In this document: positions 54,101 to 63,499 of the stretch, piece after piece
Numbering within the stretch: the stretch's first letter is position 1
Layout of the letters: the number at the start of each line of letters is the position of its first letter
Assembly: GCF_001194135.2 (NCBI RefSeq)
Contig: NC_068996.1
Coordinates: forward strand, 27,567,319 to 27,631,318
Reading direction: 5' to 3'
Source of the DNA: Octopus bimaculoides
Taxonomy: Eukaryota
DNA: 64,000 bases
The notes under the pieces: model-generated
What the model was told of the DNA's origin: nothing
Databases searched by the model: none
What the model saw: only the letters and a program-made list of their open reading frames with translations
Position numbers and translations under genes: made by a program

Positions 54101-54447
54101 AGGCATAAGGCCAGAAAAGGTTGCTGTATACTATCGAACCTAGTGATAGTACTTTATTTTAACAACTTTGGAGGGATGGAAGGTAGAGATGGCCTCAGTG
54201 GGATTTGAACATGGAATGTAGAAAACGAAAAACACATGCTGCAAAGTATTCTTTTCAACACTACAACACTTTGGCTAAACAACAACAACAACAACAACAA
54301 CAACAGTAATAATAATAATAATAATAAGTGGAAGGATTAAGGTAAATTAGGAAAATGGAGAGGACATACCAATTATGAACAGTCTGCCAATCAGTAAAGA
54401 CTCCACCTGTAGCTTGAGCTCCACATTCGATGATGTGACCAGCAAGG
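14526..54447 (-). CDS. AtuA/DUF1446 (acyclic terpene utilisation family) protein gene, 5'-partial, 12 exons, ~401 aa
   Basis: Twelve GT-AG exons with matching phases give one open frame with family motifs [56 protein letters not shown] and LGGGG..SLR.DPQGK. The AtuA assignment is from recalled motifs, not a search. Confidence 0.92.
15070..15370. mobile_element. Two RTE 3' ends tail-to-tail across a (TA)n tract
   Basis: ..ggacgttaaacgatgatgatgatg (TA)n catcatcatcatcgtttaatgtcc.. Confidence 0.85.
16229..16319 (-). CDS. AtuA-like exon
   Basis: tttttttag|G TAT..CAG|gtacgt: (R)[30 protein letters not shown], 91 nt. Confidence 0.93.
16608..17450 (+). mobile_element. Penelope-like element 3' part (GIY-YIG endonuclease remnant plus pseudo-LTR)
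   Basis: ..[51 protein letters not shown].. is the VIY..YIG endonuclease pattern. A homologous copy lies at 38070-39040. Confidence 0.8.
18330..18475 (+). mobile_element. Possible Helitron-like non-autonomous fragment
   Basis: gtgccattttttatgcaaatccacccagccgtttggc..tttatattata resembles recalled Lep1-type Helitron 3' segments; tactagcagc..ggtttcacc at ~17494 may be a 5' end. Confidence 0.3.
18790..19380 (+). mobile_element. Decayed LINE fragment, probably APE endonuclease region
   Basis: CT-rich degenerate frame (..ILYPP..SDINI..). Related opposite-strand copies at ~15420-15590 and ~36180-36700. Confidence 0.4.
19380..20130. mobile_element. Two RTE 3' ends tail-to-tail (19380-19565 +, 19650-20130 -)
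   Basis: (GAT)n-tailed copy faces a (CAT)n-started copy across an ATGT/TA microsatellite. Confidence 0.8.
21346..21466 (-). CDS. AtuA-like exon
   Basis: tttttcctgtttag|GA GTT..ACA AG|gtatgt: (G)[39 protein letters not shown](R), 121 nt. Confidence 0.93.
22128..22243. repeat. Perfect 16-bp minisatellite (TCACGTACCAGTAGTC) x7
   Basis: Seven identical units plus TCAC. Confidence 0.97.
25473..25665 (-). CDS. AtuA-like exon (start of C-terminal domain)
   Basis: ttattattag|GTA CAA..ATT G|gtaaat: [39 protein letters not shown](G), 193 nt. Confidence 0.93.
26050..26280 (-). mobile_element. RTE LINE ORF fragment (between endonuclease and RT)
   Basis: [22 protein letters not shown] in ORF 25884-26270. 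Family assignment is from recalled resemblance. Confidence 0.5.
26290..26975 (+). mobile_element. RTE 3' UTR containing a 65-bp tandem array
   Basis: Ends ..catgccagcatggaaagcggatgttaaac..gatgatgatg. Units begin aaaagcaccattcaagcg, ~6-7 copies at 26355-26815. Confidence 0.85.
26995..27470 (-). mobile_element. SINE or other interspersed repeat (family unresolved)
   Basis: Non-coding, more GC-balanced block ending in an aataataa tract; resembles recalled cephalopod SINE bodies. Confidence 0.35.
27664..27900. repeat. Compound trinucleotide microsatellite (GAT/GAC/AAT/GGT)
   Basis: Visible directly; explains the poly-D/N/G ORFs. Confidence 0.95.
28800..29060 (-). mobile_element. 3' end of an unassigned non-LTR retroelement with (TTA)n tail
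   Basis: ~115 bp nearly identical to 43505-43630; both copies abut (AAT)n. Confidence 0.65.
29679..29730 (-). CDS. AtuA-like exon
   Basis: tttgattttcag|T TCA CCT..AAA|gtaagt: (V)[17 protein letters not shown], 52 nt. Confidence 0.92.
30823..31330 (-). mobile_element. RTE 3' end, relatively young copy
   Basis: High identity to 19660-20000. Confidence 0.85.
31975..32240 (+). mobile_element. RTE C-terminus plus start of 3' UTR
   Basis: [24 protein letters not shown]-like frame followed by the UTR family. Confidence 0.75.
33560..34330 (+). pseudogene. Merlin (IS1016/ISXO2-like) DDE transposase fossil
   Basis: [58 protein letters not shown] and HLDEFMWR, broken by frameshifts and a deletion. 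Confidence 0.85.
35070..35125. repeat. 24-bp tandem repeat (~2.5 copies)
   Basis: tgtcaacagttgttagccctgctt repeated. Confidence 0.85.
37592..37631 (-). CDS. AtuA-like 40-nt exon
   Basis: ttttcttctctcag|CT CCA..AGG GT|gtaagt: (A)[12 protein letters not shown](V). Confidence 0.92.
38070..39040 (+). mobile_element. Penelope-like element 3' part (GIY-YIG remnant plus pseudo-LTR)
   Basis: [60 protein letters not shown]; paralogous to 16608-17450. Confidence 0.85.
39322..39449. repeat. 51-bp inverted repeat with 26-bp spacer
   Basis: Arms 39322-39372 and 39399-39449 with one mismatch. Confidence 0.95.
39708..39807 (-). CDS. AtuA-like exon
   Basis: ctgaacatcag|GAA CCT..ATG G|gtatgt: [33 protein letters not shown], 100 nt. 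Confidence 0.93.
39930..40390 (+). mobile_element. Decayed LINE (RTE-like) endonuclease-region fragment
   Basis: Degenerate ..GDLNG..RILLDF.. pattern with stops. Confidence 0.4.
41265..41358 (-). CDS. AtuA-like exon
   Basis: tttactgttag|A TGC..GAG|gtatat: (R)[31 protein letters not shown], 94 nt. Confidence 0.85.
42273..42379 (-). CDS. AtuA-like exon
   Basis: attacttttcag|GTT ACT..AAA AG|gtatgt: [35 protein letters not shown](R), 107 nt. Confidence 0.93.
44205..44875. mobile_element. Merlin-type MITE with ~40-bp TIRs and 8-bp TSD (contains N gap 44353-44556)
   Basis: TIRs GGATCT(a/t)TTTTAAAACGGGGGCCACATTTTTCATTAA; identical GAAATGAT at 44197-44204 and 44876-44883. 5'-GG TIRs with an 8-bp TSD fit Merlin. 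Confidence 0.8.
45169..45230 (-). CDS. AtuA-like exon
   Basis: ttttaatctctag|CT GAA..AAG|gtaagt: (S)[20 protein letters not shown], 62 nt. Confidence 0.92.
45878..49450 (-). mobile_element. hAT-like DNA transposon fossil (transposase remnant ~46600-48350)
   Basis: Fragments [32 protein letters not shown] and [13 protein letters not shown] (CxxH). Subterminal gtcctgtat/gtcccgtat repeats near 49350-49445 and a taaagtgaccat-like end at 45878. Ends tentative. Confidence 0.65.
48476..48562. repeat. 32-bp tandem repeat (~2.7 copies)
   Basis: gggtcaccaaatgtaatggtgaatcac(g/a)ttgg. Confidence 0.9.
49905..51300 (-). mobile_element. Possible MULE-like transposon remnant
   Basis: Repeated aaagtcacaggaaaa motifs at 49905-50050 with an inverted tgtgacttttt at ~51275; a 16-bp aaaaccccactaggt x3 repeat; a short frame ..[13 protein letters not shown].. 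resembling MULE RTNN segments. Confidence 0.4.
52651..52841 (-). CDS. AtuA-like exon
   Basis: tttctttcttttag|G GAC..GAA T|gtgagt: (W)[63 protein letters not shown], 191 nt. Confidence 0.95.
54370..54447 (-). CDS. AtuA-like exon (most 5' exon found)
   Basis: ataaatttcag|C CTT..AAT TG|gtatgt: (S)[25 protein letters not shown](W), 78 nt. Confidence 0.95.
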
Positions 54448-54486
54448 CTGAAATTTATAGATTCTACATTTAGAATACTTGTATAT

Positions 54487-54529
<43 letters not shown>

Positions 54530-54658
54530 NNNNNNNNNNNNNNNNNNNNNNNNNNNNNNNNNNNNNNNNNNNNNNNNNNNNNNNNNNNNNNNNNNNNNNN
54601 NNNNNNNNNNNNNNNNNNNNNNNNNNNNNNNNNNNNNNNNNNNNNNNNNNNNNNNNNN
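54530..54658. other. Assembly gap inside (CT)n
   Basis: Run of N. Confidence 1.
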
Positions 54659-55439
54659 CTCTCTCTCTCTCTCTCTCTCCTCGCTCTCTCTCTCACACAC
54701 ACACAAACAAACAAACAAAAGCCACAGAACAATCAACTCTGTAGGTAGTGCTCCAGTATGGCTCCAGCCATGTTAGCTAAAACAAAGTTAAAGAACATAT
54801 AGTTCTACTATTAATAACAAAAACAACATAGATATATTGAGAACTGAGAACCATCATTATAGAAGTTCCTTTGTTGGCTTCAACAAACGAACTTCTATAA
54901 TGATAGTTCTCAATTTTTTTGACTTAATGACATAATTAAAAATAAGACAAAAGAAAGAAACTGGAAACTTTAATAAGAAAGAAAATGTTTTAAAGTTAAG
55001 AAAAAAAAAATTATTTAACCTTTTAGCATTCTTATTTCTTTGTCAAATGTAATGCTTAGTCATGCATTATCTCATAGCTTGGAAATTTTGATGATGTGTT
55101 TGTATATTTTGAGAATGGCATTGTAGGGTAGGTATGAGAGGTTGGATCTGGTCAGTTTTAACATAAAACATAGAATATTTGGGCCAGACATGGCTGAGTG
55201 GTTAAGAAGATCACTTCCCAACCACCATGTGTGTGTGTGTGTGTGTGTGAGCGTGCACATGTGTGCATGTGTGTGCACATAAAACTGTTGGAAAAAAGAA
55301 TAATTAGCACCATAGTTGAGATAAATAATATATTTTATTTTGGTCAAGTCAGTCACTTGCTGCTCTGAGTTTTGTCTGTAGATGCAAAGGGTTTTCAGGC
55401 AAGTTCTAAAACTAATACCCCATTATATAAATATATATA

Positions 55440-55800
55440 TATCATCATCATCATCATCATTATTATCATTTAACATCAGTTTTCTATGCTGGCATGGGTT
55501 AGATGGTTTGACTGGAACCGGTAAGCTAGAGAGCTGTACCAGGCTCTAATTGTGTTTTGGCTTGATTTCTACAGCTGGATGCCCTTCCCAATGCCAACCA
55601 CTCCACAGAGTGTACTGGGTGTCTTTTACATGTCGCTAGCACAGGTACCTCTTACATGTCATTGGATAGATGCCTCTCACATGTCACTAGCATGGGTGCC
55701 TTTCACATGTCACTAGCATGGGTGCCTTTCACATGTCACCAGCACAGGTGCCTCACATCTGTCACTGCTCATGACTGTGACTTCATTTAGCTTCACATGT
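55440..55800 (-). mobile_element. RTE 3' end with internal ~26-bp tandem repeat
   Basis: (CAT)n start; tgcctttcacatgtcactagcatggg repeated ~4 times. Confidence 0.75.
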
Positions 55801-58271
55801 CCTTTGAAACACAACAAATCACCATGCACACACACACACACACACGCACACATCACAGAATATATCCAAAGTAAGGTTACTTAAATGATTGATATGAAAT
55901 CAGTTACAGAAACACTCAACCTTTCTCCCACAGGTGTGCTTATCTCTTCTCTTTATACTCCTACCACTACAATAGCTTCCTAAGCCTCAGTGTTGGCTAC
56001 TCACATGCTATCTTTAACCAAGCCCAACAAGCTTACTCATCTATCTCTCCTCTCATTGTATCTATCAACTCAGGCTCCATGTTAACTACTATTCTCAGTC
56101 TCTTTGCTTTTGAATGTTAGCCCTCTAAAATGCAATTGCTTTCCTTGCAGTCATTAACTTGCTGTTGTTCAAGAGGAAAATTTACCATATAGGAGCTCAT
56201 CAGCCCACTGGCTTCCTTAAGAACAAGTCAATAATGTAAGTGTGTGTGTGTTTGTGTAGCTTTAACTTATTTAGACAGTTGTTTATCACCTTGCTATAAA
56301 CACAAGTATAAATAAATAAATACATAAACAAATAAAGCAAACTGGGTATTTAGTAAACAAACATATCTCAGACATGATTCATACATATGCAAGAGGAATA
56401 TTTTCCATAAAGGACTCACCCATCATAGAGGGCTAATAATGTTCCTTAGACACACGCACACACACACAAATCTCTGTTGATTCACCAGAAGTGATAAATT
56501 ACAGGACTCAATATAAATATAGAATATTCTTTACTACATTATAAGTGAAAGGCTCTGATTTCATGTATCAGAGTAGCTTGTTTCCAATCATCAGCTGGTA
56601 AACTGATTCTGGTTTTCTTCTGAATATCCACCGTCTGAATATTTTTTGAAATATGAAATCAAAGTTTGACCAAATCACCTATCCTTATGTTCTTTTGTTT
56701 AAAAAACCTTTGTGAATGACTCATGCATAAATGGCTACTTCGAGCTCGTGTTTCTAATTTCATTTCTGGTTCTCAAATTCCACCCACAAAGCATTGTTCA
56801 ACCAGAGACTATAGTAGAAGACATTTTCCAAAAGTACCACACAGTGATATCAAACCAAATCCAGAACCACATGGTTGCAACGTAAACTTCTAGACCACAC
56901 TGCAGTAACATGCTTATTAATTTACATTTAATGTCTGCTAATGAAATTTTTTTGTGGTCCTTTATTAACCATTTCACTCAATCGTTTACTTTTAGTTGTG
57001 TGGTAATATCTGTGCACACTTGTTAATGTTATTTTATGTATTTCAGGGTGTCATTTTGCATGTTTTTGTTATGATGTTTGAGAGGAGTTTTTAATATACA
57101 GAGTTGTCTGTCTGTTTCATATAAATTTTGTATAAATAACTGTATATAAACTTTATAAAGGAAGCACAAACTCATAACATAACATTTCTATATGTCTTTA
57201 TATATGAAGAATAAAAGCATGAGACCTAGTGGTTAGGAGCATTGGACTCACAATCACGATGTCATCATTTCATTTCCCAGATTGGGTGGTGTGTTATTTT
57301 TTTGAGCAGAAAACACTTCATTTTCCGTTGCTTTAGTCCACTCAACCAAAAATGAGCACCAATAACAGCTGGGAGTTAACTCTTTGACAGATTGGCATCC
57401 TGCCCAAAGAGAGTATTCTGCTCTCACTTGCTTATACACCTATGGAAACTGGGATAAGCTCTAGGCTTATGATCCTACAAAAGGTTTGTGATAGACTTAG
57501 TTACCTATTTTTTTTATATACATAGGGAACTGTAATAGCATTTGGTAAAATGCACATACTCACAGTATAAACTTTTCATATGTCTTTATATATATCAAAA
57601 AAAAAAAAAAAAAAAAACTATGTAAGGTTTGGTAAAACATAAAATCATAAATTAATCCTCTTGTTATATTTCTGTTGAAATACACTACTTCTAATTTTGA
57701 AATTAACGAAGGATTTAGTAAAATAATTGTCATTATTAAGCTGGGATTTTGAACTGAAATTAATTTTGATGTACATTAATTTAAAACAGAAAGTTTGTAT
57801 CATAGAACTATGGACAGCTTTGGGTAATGGGTAAAGTGTAAAGATCCCCTTCAGTCATGAATGACCATGGGATTGCACCTAGAAAGTTACCCTCCAAGGC
57901 ACAAGTCCAAGCAAGGTTGTTTACGGAAGACCAGCAGTCACCCACTCATACCAGTTTTCCTTCTCCACATCACCGATGTTATCCAAAGGAAAGGCAAAGA
58001 CCAATAGAGCTTGGCACCAGTGATGTCGCAACTCATTTCTATAGCTGAGTGAATTGGAGCAACATGAAATAAAGTGTCTTGCTCAAGAACACAACACACA
58101 CCCCAGTCAATGAATCGAACTCACTGCCCAACTCTCTAACCACTGAGCTATGCGCCTTCATGCAGTCTTGAGTAGGTTGGTATTAAAAAAAGATTAATGC
58201 TTTTATCTTCAAGAATAAATGTGTATATAACATTTGGTAAAACATACTACTCATAGTGTAATGTTTTATCT

Positions 58272-58314
<43 letters not shown>

Positions 58315-58352
58315 TAAATGGAGTTATACACATGTGTTAAATGATTTCTTTT

Positions 58353-58443
58353 ATTTCCGACATATGTTTCGAAGATTTACAATTGGTACATTCCAAAGGA
58401 ATGAGTGATGTTGATAAAGATGTAATCTTCTCTTCAGGGAAAT
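58353..58443 (-). ncRNA. Type I hammerhead ribozyme, canonical core
   Basis: Minus strand: AUUUCC CUGAAGA GAAGAUU..AAUCUUC GAAAC AUAU GUC GGAAAU. Stem I 6 bp, stem II 7+ bp closed by G-C, palindromic stem III ACAUAUGU, GUC cleavage triplet. Confidence 0.8.
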
Positions 58444-58786
58444 TCATAAGAACCAACTTAACCGTAAGACATTATTACCGAATGTGACAACTGCGGGTAG
58501 AGAAGATTGCTACATATCTTATTTGAAAAAACCGTTGGAAAATGCAATGCTACGAGACAGTACGTTGGACAAGGAAGGAAGAAAAGAAGGAAAAAAGAGA
58601 AAATTAGAATCTGGAATGGAAAGTAAATAAAATGTTTTTAAACCAGATTAAAAATCTCTCTTTAGATCAACAGAGCATTCATCACCTTTATATATTGTTA
58701 AACACTTGATCTACTACTAGTACACACAAGCATCATTTTCCTATATAAATAACATTGCTATTACCTTTATTACCATACGTTCATCA

Positions 58787-58834
<48 letters not shown>

Positions 58835-59116
58835 AACACTACAAGTATAAATATAAGATTATTTCCCTTTTGCATTTCCATTACACATAAAATACTTTTC
58901 TCTCATTTTTAATCTGGTTTAAAATCTTTTTATTTACTTTCCATTCCAGATTCTAATTTTCTCTTTTTTCCTTCTTTTCTTCCTTCCTCGCCCAATGTAC
59001 TGTCTCATAGCGTTGCATTTTCCAACGTTTTTTTCAAATTAGATATGTAGCAATCTTGTCTACTCGCAGTTGTCACATTCGGTAATAATGTCTTACGGTT
59101 AAGTTAGTTCTTATGA

Positions 59117-59207
59117 ATTTCCCTGAAGAGAAGATTACATCCTTATCAACATCACTCATTCCTTTGGAATGAACCAATTGTAAATCTTTGAAACATATGT
59201 CGGAAAT
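59117..59207 (+). ncRNA. Type I hammerhead ribozyme, second copy (G.U at the base of stem II)
   Basis: AUUUCC CUGAAGA GAAGAUU..AAUCUUU GAAAC AUAU GUC GGAAAU. Confidence 0.7.
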
Positions 59208-59385
59208 AAAAGAAACCATTTAACACATGCATATAACTCCATTTATTATATTTTATATTTATTCAAAATACTTCAATCTAACAGGGAGTTTCAAAGTCAT
59301 TTTGTGAAATTTGCTACCCAGGTATCTATTAACCAATTTATTTTCTCAGAGTTAATTGTTAACTAAGAGAAAATAAATACGTATG

Positions 59386-59435
<50 letters not shown>

Positions 59436-59439
59436 TGTA

Positions 59440-60290
59440 TTGGGTCATCCCATTATGTGGTTTTTTTATACTTCTTTTATTTTTCAACATTAAGATAAAC
59501 GAAGTTCTTTTTTAATCTAGAATACACTCTCCTTCATTTTCTACAATGCTCTTTCAACTATCTGGTAGACTTGCAAGGCCCCTCTTGTCTGTGATGAAAA
59601 ATGTTCTTCCAGTACTGTTCTGACCTCATCTACAGAATTCATATTTTTACCATCCAAATGATTTTGAAGACTGCAAAATAAATGATAATCATATGATGCA
59701 ATATACAGTGAATATGGTCAGTGGGACATTGTTTCCCATTCAAACAGCTCCAGCTTTTGGAATGTCATCCTTGCTGTATGATGGGAGAACACCTTACATC
59801 TTGGAACCAAAGATGGTCATTTTTCTTCTAGTGCAGGTATTGATGAATGGTTGAATGACCGAATCCAAGCTTCTCTGCTTATTCCTCAACAGTTACGATG
59901 AGATTTTGTTCCACCAGAGTTTACAGGATGTCCTCGTTGAGCTCTGCAGATCTTCCAGGAAGAAGCTTGTCTTCTAGACTGTAGTTTCCGGCGTGGAATT
60001 TCTGGAACCACCGTCGACACTGGCTTACACTTATTGTCCAATCTCCATGTACTGCATTAATATTCCTCGTACTTCCTGTTATGTTGTTGCCTTTATTGAA
60101 CTCATGAAGCAAAATATGCCAAATATGCTCCTTTGTCACTTCAATTATAATTGTTAAAATTAAACTGCACTCTTCAAGACTTGCACTAAGAATAAGGATA
60201 TGGTAAAATTACTATCTGCTTTTATAGCAAGTTGATGCAGGTAGTTTACCCTGTACCCTTCTGACTTAGTTTATGCAATTGAAAAAGCCA
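59440..60290 (-). mobile_element. Mariner transposon, degenerate
   Basis: HIWHILLHEFNKG..QCRRWFQKFHAGNYSLED..PGRS (mariner N-terminal HTH); TA followed by TTGGGTCATCCCA at one end; other end not recognised. Confidence 0.85.
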
Positions 60291-60868
60291 ATCTACTACA
60301 TATGTGGAAAATCGGTGTGTGTTTGTTTGTGGCATTGTTAGCTAACTCCTCCTTCATCGTTGTATTGATTTTGATGAAACTTGACATGTGAGTAGAACTC
60401 ATGTCTGGAAACCTCGTGGCATACTTAGATTGTTGAAAGAATCAATAATACAGCCCCTGGAAATAACTTTCTTATATCACAGTAATAAGGCATTTCAATA
60501 GAACATCTTTACCCCCAGGAATTACCAGGTATACCAGCTAGTATATATATATTTTATCATTTATCTTTTACTTGTTTCAGTTATTAGGCTGTGCCCATGC
60601 TGGGGCACTGCATTGAAGAATTGTTAGTTGAATAAATCAACCACAGTGCTTATTTTTTTAAAGCCTGGTACCTAATCTATTGATCTATTTTGCTGAACCG
60701 CTAAGTTACGGGAATGTAAATACACCTACATTGATTGTCAAGCAGTGGTAGCAAGGAAAAACACAGACACAAAGTACACACACACGCACGCACACACACA
60801 CATGCATGCACACACGCACACACACACACACACATGCACACACACACACACACGCATGCACACACACA

Positions 60869-61806
60869 NNNNNNNNNNNNNNNNNNNNNNNNNNNNNNNN
60901 NNNNNNNNNNNNNNNNNNNNNNNNNNNNNNNNNNNNNNNNNNNNNNNNNNNNNNNNNNNNNNNNNNNNNNNNNNNNNNNNNNNNNNNNNNNNNNNNNNNN
61001 NNNNNNNNNNNNNNNNNNNNNNNNNNNNNNNNNNNNNNNNNNNNNNNNNNNNNNNNNNNNNNNNNNNNNNNNNNNNNNNNNNNNNNNNNNNNNNNNNNNN
61101 NNNNNNNNNNNNNNNNNNNNNNNNNNNNNNNNNNNNNNNNNNNNNNNNNNNNNNNNNNNNNNNNNNNNNNNNNNNNNNNNNNNNNNNNNNNNNNNNNNNN
61201 NNNNNNNNNNNNNNNNNNNNNNNNNNNNNNNNNNNNNNNNNNNNNNNNNNNNNNNNNNNNNNNNNNNNNNNNNNNNNNNNNNNNNNNNNNNNNNNNNNNN
61301 NNNNNNNNNNNNNNNNNNNNNNNNNNNNNNNNNNNNNNNNNNNNNNNNNNNNNNNNNNNNNNNNNNNNNNNNNNNNNNNNNNNNNNNNNNNNNNNNNNNN
61401 NNNNNNNNNNNNNNNNNNNNNNNNNNNNNNNNNNNNNNNNNNNNNNNNNNNNNNNNNNNNNNNNNNNNNNNNNNNNNNNNNNNNNNNNNNNNNNNNNNNN
61501 NNNNNNNNNNNNNNNNNNNNNNNNNNNNNNNNNNNNNNNNNNNNNNNNNNNNNNNNNNNNNNNNNNNNNNNNNNNNNNNNNNNNNNNNNNNNNNNNNNNN
61601 NNNNNNNNNNNNNNNNNNNNNNNNNNNNNNNNNNNNNNNNNNNNNNNNNNNNNNNNNNNNNNNNNNNNNNNNNNNNNNNNNNNNNNNNNNNNNNNNNNNN
61701 NNNNNNNNNNNNNNNNNNNNNNNNNNNNNNNNNNNNNNNNNNNNNNNNNNNNNNNNNNNNNNNNNNNNNNNNNNNNNNNNNNNNNNNNNNNNNNNNNNNN
61801 NNNNNN
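60869..61806. other. Assembly gap between (CA)n and (TG)n
   Basis: Run of N. Confidence 1.
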
Positions 61807-62483
61807 TGTGTGTGTGTGTGCGTGTTTGTGTTTGTGCGTGAGTGTGCATGAGTGGGTTTGTGTATGTATGTATGAGTGTCTGCCTGTCTGTCTATATGTA
61901 TGTATGTGTGTATGTGTTTCTGTGTGAATGAGTATGTGTTTCTATGTATGTTCATGTGTGTATGAACATTTGTGTGTATGTGTGAAAGAAACAAAAAATA
62001 CATTGGTTAAATGTAGATTAATATTCCAAGGCCAAAAGGGTTTTAAATAATTAACAAAGTTAATCAGAGGCACTGCAAGGTAAAAAGCAGTGTGGGGGAA
62101 CATGGGAGTAAGAGTGGAAGATTTAAGAATATTTCAACAGAATGAGGAACTTTTTCATCTGACTCAAGTCAAGTCAGATGCCATTTCCTTCTCTGAAAGA
62201 AGCCAAGCAGAAAAAAATAATGTTTTAATGTTTGCCTGCATATGCCAAAATTATGAATATCCAAACATTTTTTCCTACCCATCATCATTATCAACATTTT
62301 ATTACTATTTTCCTACAAGCCCACATGTAAACACACACACACACAAACTTTTTATTTGATCAAATGAAGGATTGATAAAATATACAATGTGCAAAATTTG
62401 TGTCATGTCAGGCTTTTTGAAAGTTGGGTAAGTTAAATAAATAATTGATAATGAATCATCATTCTTTTATGTTGTTACATACA

Positions 62484-63371
62484 TGTGGGGTGGTATGATA
62501 AAGTTCCCGGACTAGTTATGCTTAATAAAAAAAAATTATTTACCTAAGTTTTAACATCATCTCCTCCGAAATAGTCACTTTGCACAGCAATACACTGGTT
62601 CCAGCATTCCTGCCACTTTCGGAATGCAGCCTGGAAGTTGTTTTCCATGAGTCAAAGACTTTCTGCAATTCACTCTGGATCTCAACAATAGTATTAAAAC
62701 AGCAGCCTTTGAACTGCATTTTCATCTTAGGGAAGAGATGGAAGTCCACAGGTGAATAGGGCGGCTGCAGAAGTGATACTATGTTACTTTTGGTGAGAAA
62801 CTCACGAGTGAGGAGAGCTCATTGACAGGGTACCTTGTTGTCATGAAGAATCCAATTCTTTGTGGATGTTAGGATTGCCTGCACAGACCCATACAACAAA
62901 CAACAACATCAGCAATGTCATTGATTATCCTCTGACAATCCTCATGTACAAGCTGATGAATTTTCTCCACATTTCTTGGGGTGACGCTTGTGGCAGGTCC
63001 TCCAGATCACTTATCATCTTTCAGGGACATTCTTCCATTTTTGAAGCCCCTATACGACTCGAGATATTGCATATGACCCATTGCTTTGTCACCGTAAGCT
63101 TACCAAAGTATGTTCAATGTCTCTGTAGCAGACTTCCCAAGTCTAAATCAAAATTTAATGTTGGCTCTTTGTTCCTGTCCATGACAAAATTACAGACTAC
63201 ATGTGACCACAAAAACACAAATTTCTTAACTTGCAAAGTAAACACAGTGCTGTCACTCAACACACTGCCTCATGAAGGTCACTGCTAGCTCTCATTGTAC
63301 ACGCAATCATATGCTGCAATCTGTTCGTGTGCTACAGAACTAGTTTGAGAACTTTATGATACCACCTTGTA
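62484..63371 (-). mobile_element. Internally deleted mariner element with both TIRs
   Basis: TIRs ggtggtatgataaagttcccggactagt and actagtttgagaactttatgataccacc; frame DFHLFPKMKMQFKG..FNTIVEIQ (mariner C-terminal region). Confidence 0.85.
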
Positions 63372-63499
63372 TAGAGAGACAAACAAACAGATATAGATCA
63401 ATAGATGTGTGTACATGAGTGTGTGTATGTGCATGTACATCTGCATGTTTACCTAATATAAAATTCAATTTGTATAGTTGAAACCAGCTTGCTCCTTCA

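Larger units (their letters stand above)
58302..59256. repeat. ~350-bp inverted repeat (arms 58302-58655 and 58905-59256), probably Penelope-like pseudo-LTRs
   Basis: Arms are reverse complements with scattered mismatches; ~250-bp spacer with (TA)n; each arm contains a hammerhead motif. Confidence 0.9.

Noticed and set aside
14526-54447. Recent horizontal transfer or bacterial contamination for the AtuA-like gene
   Set aside because: At least eleven canonical spliceosomal introns full of host repeats, and host-like AT-rich codons.
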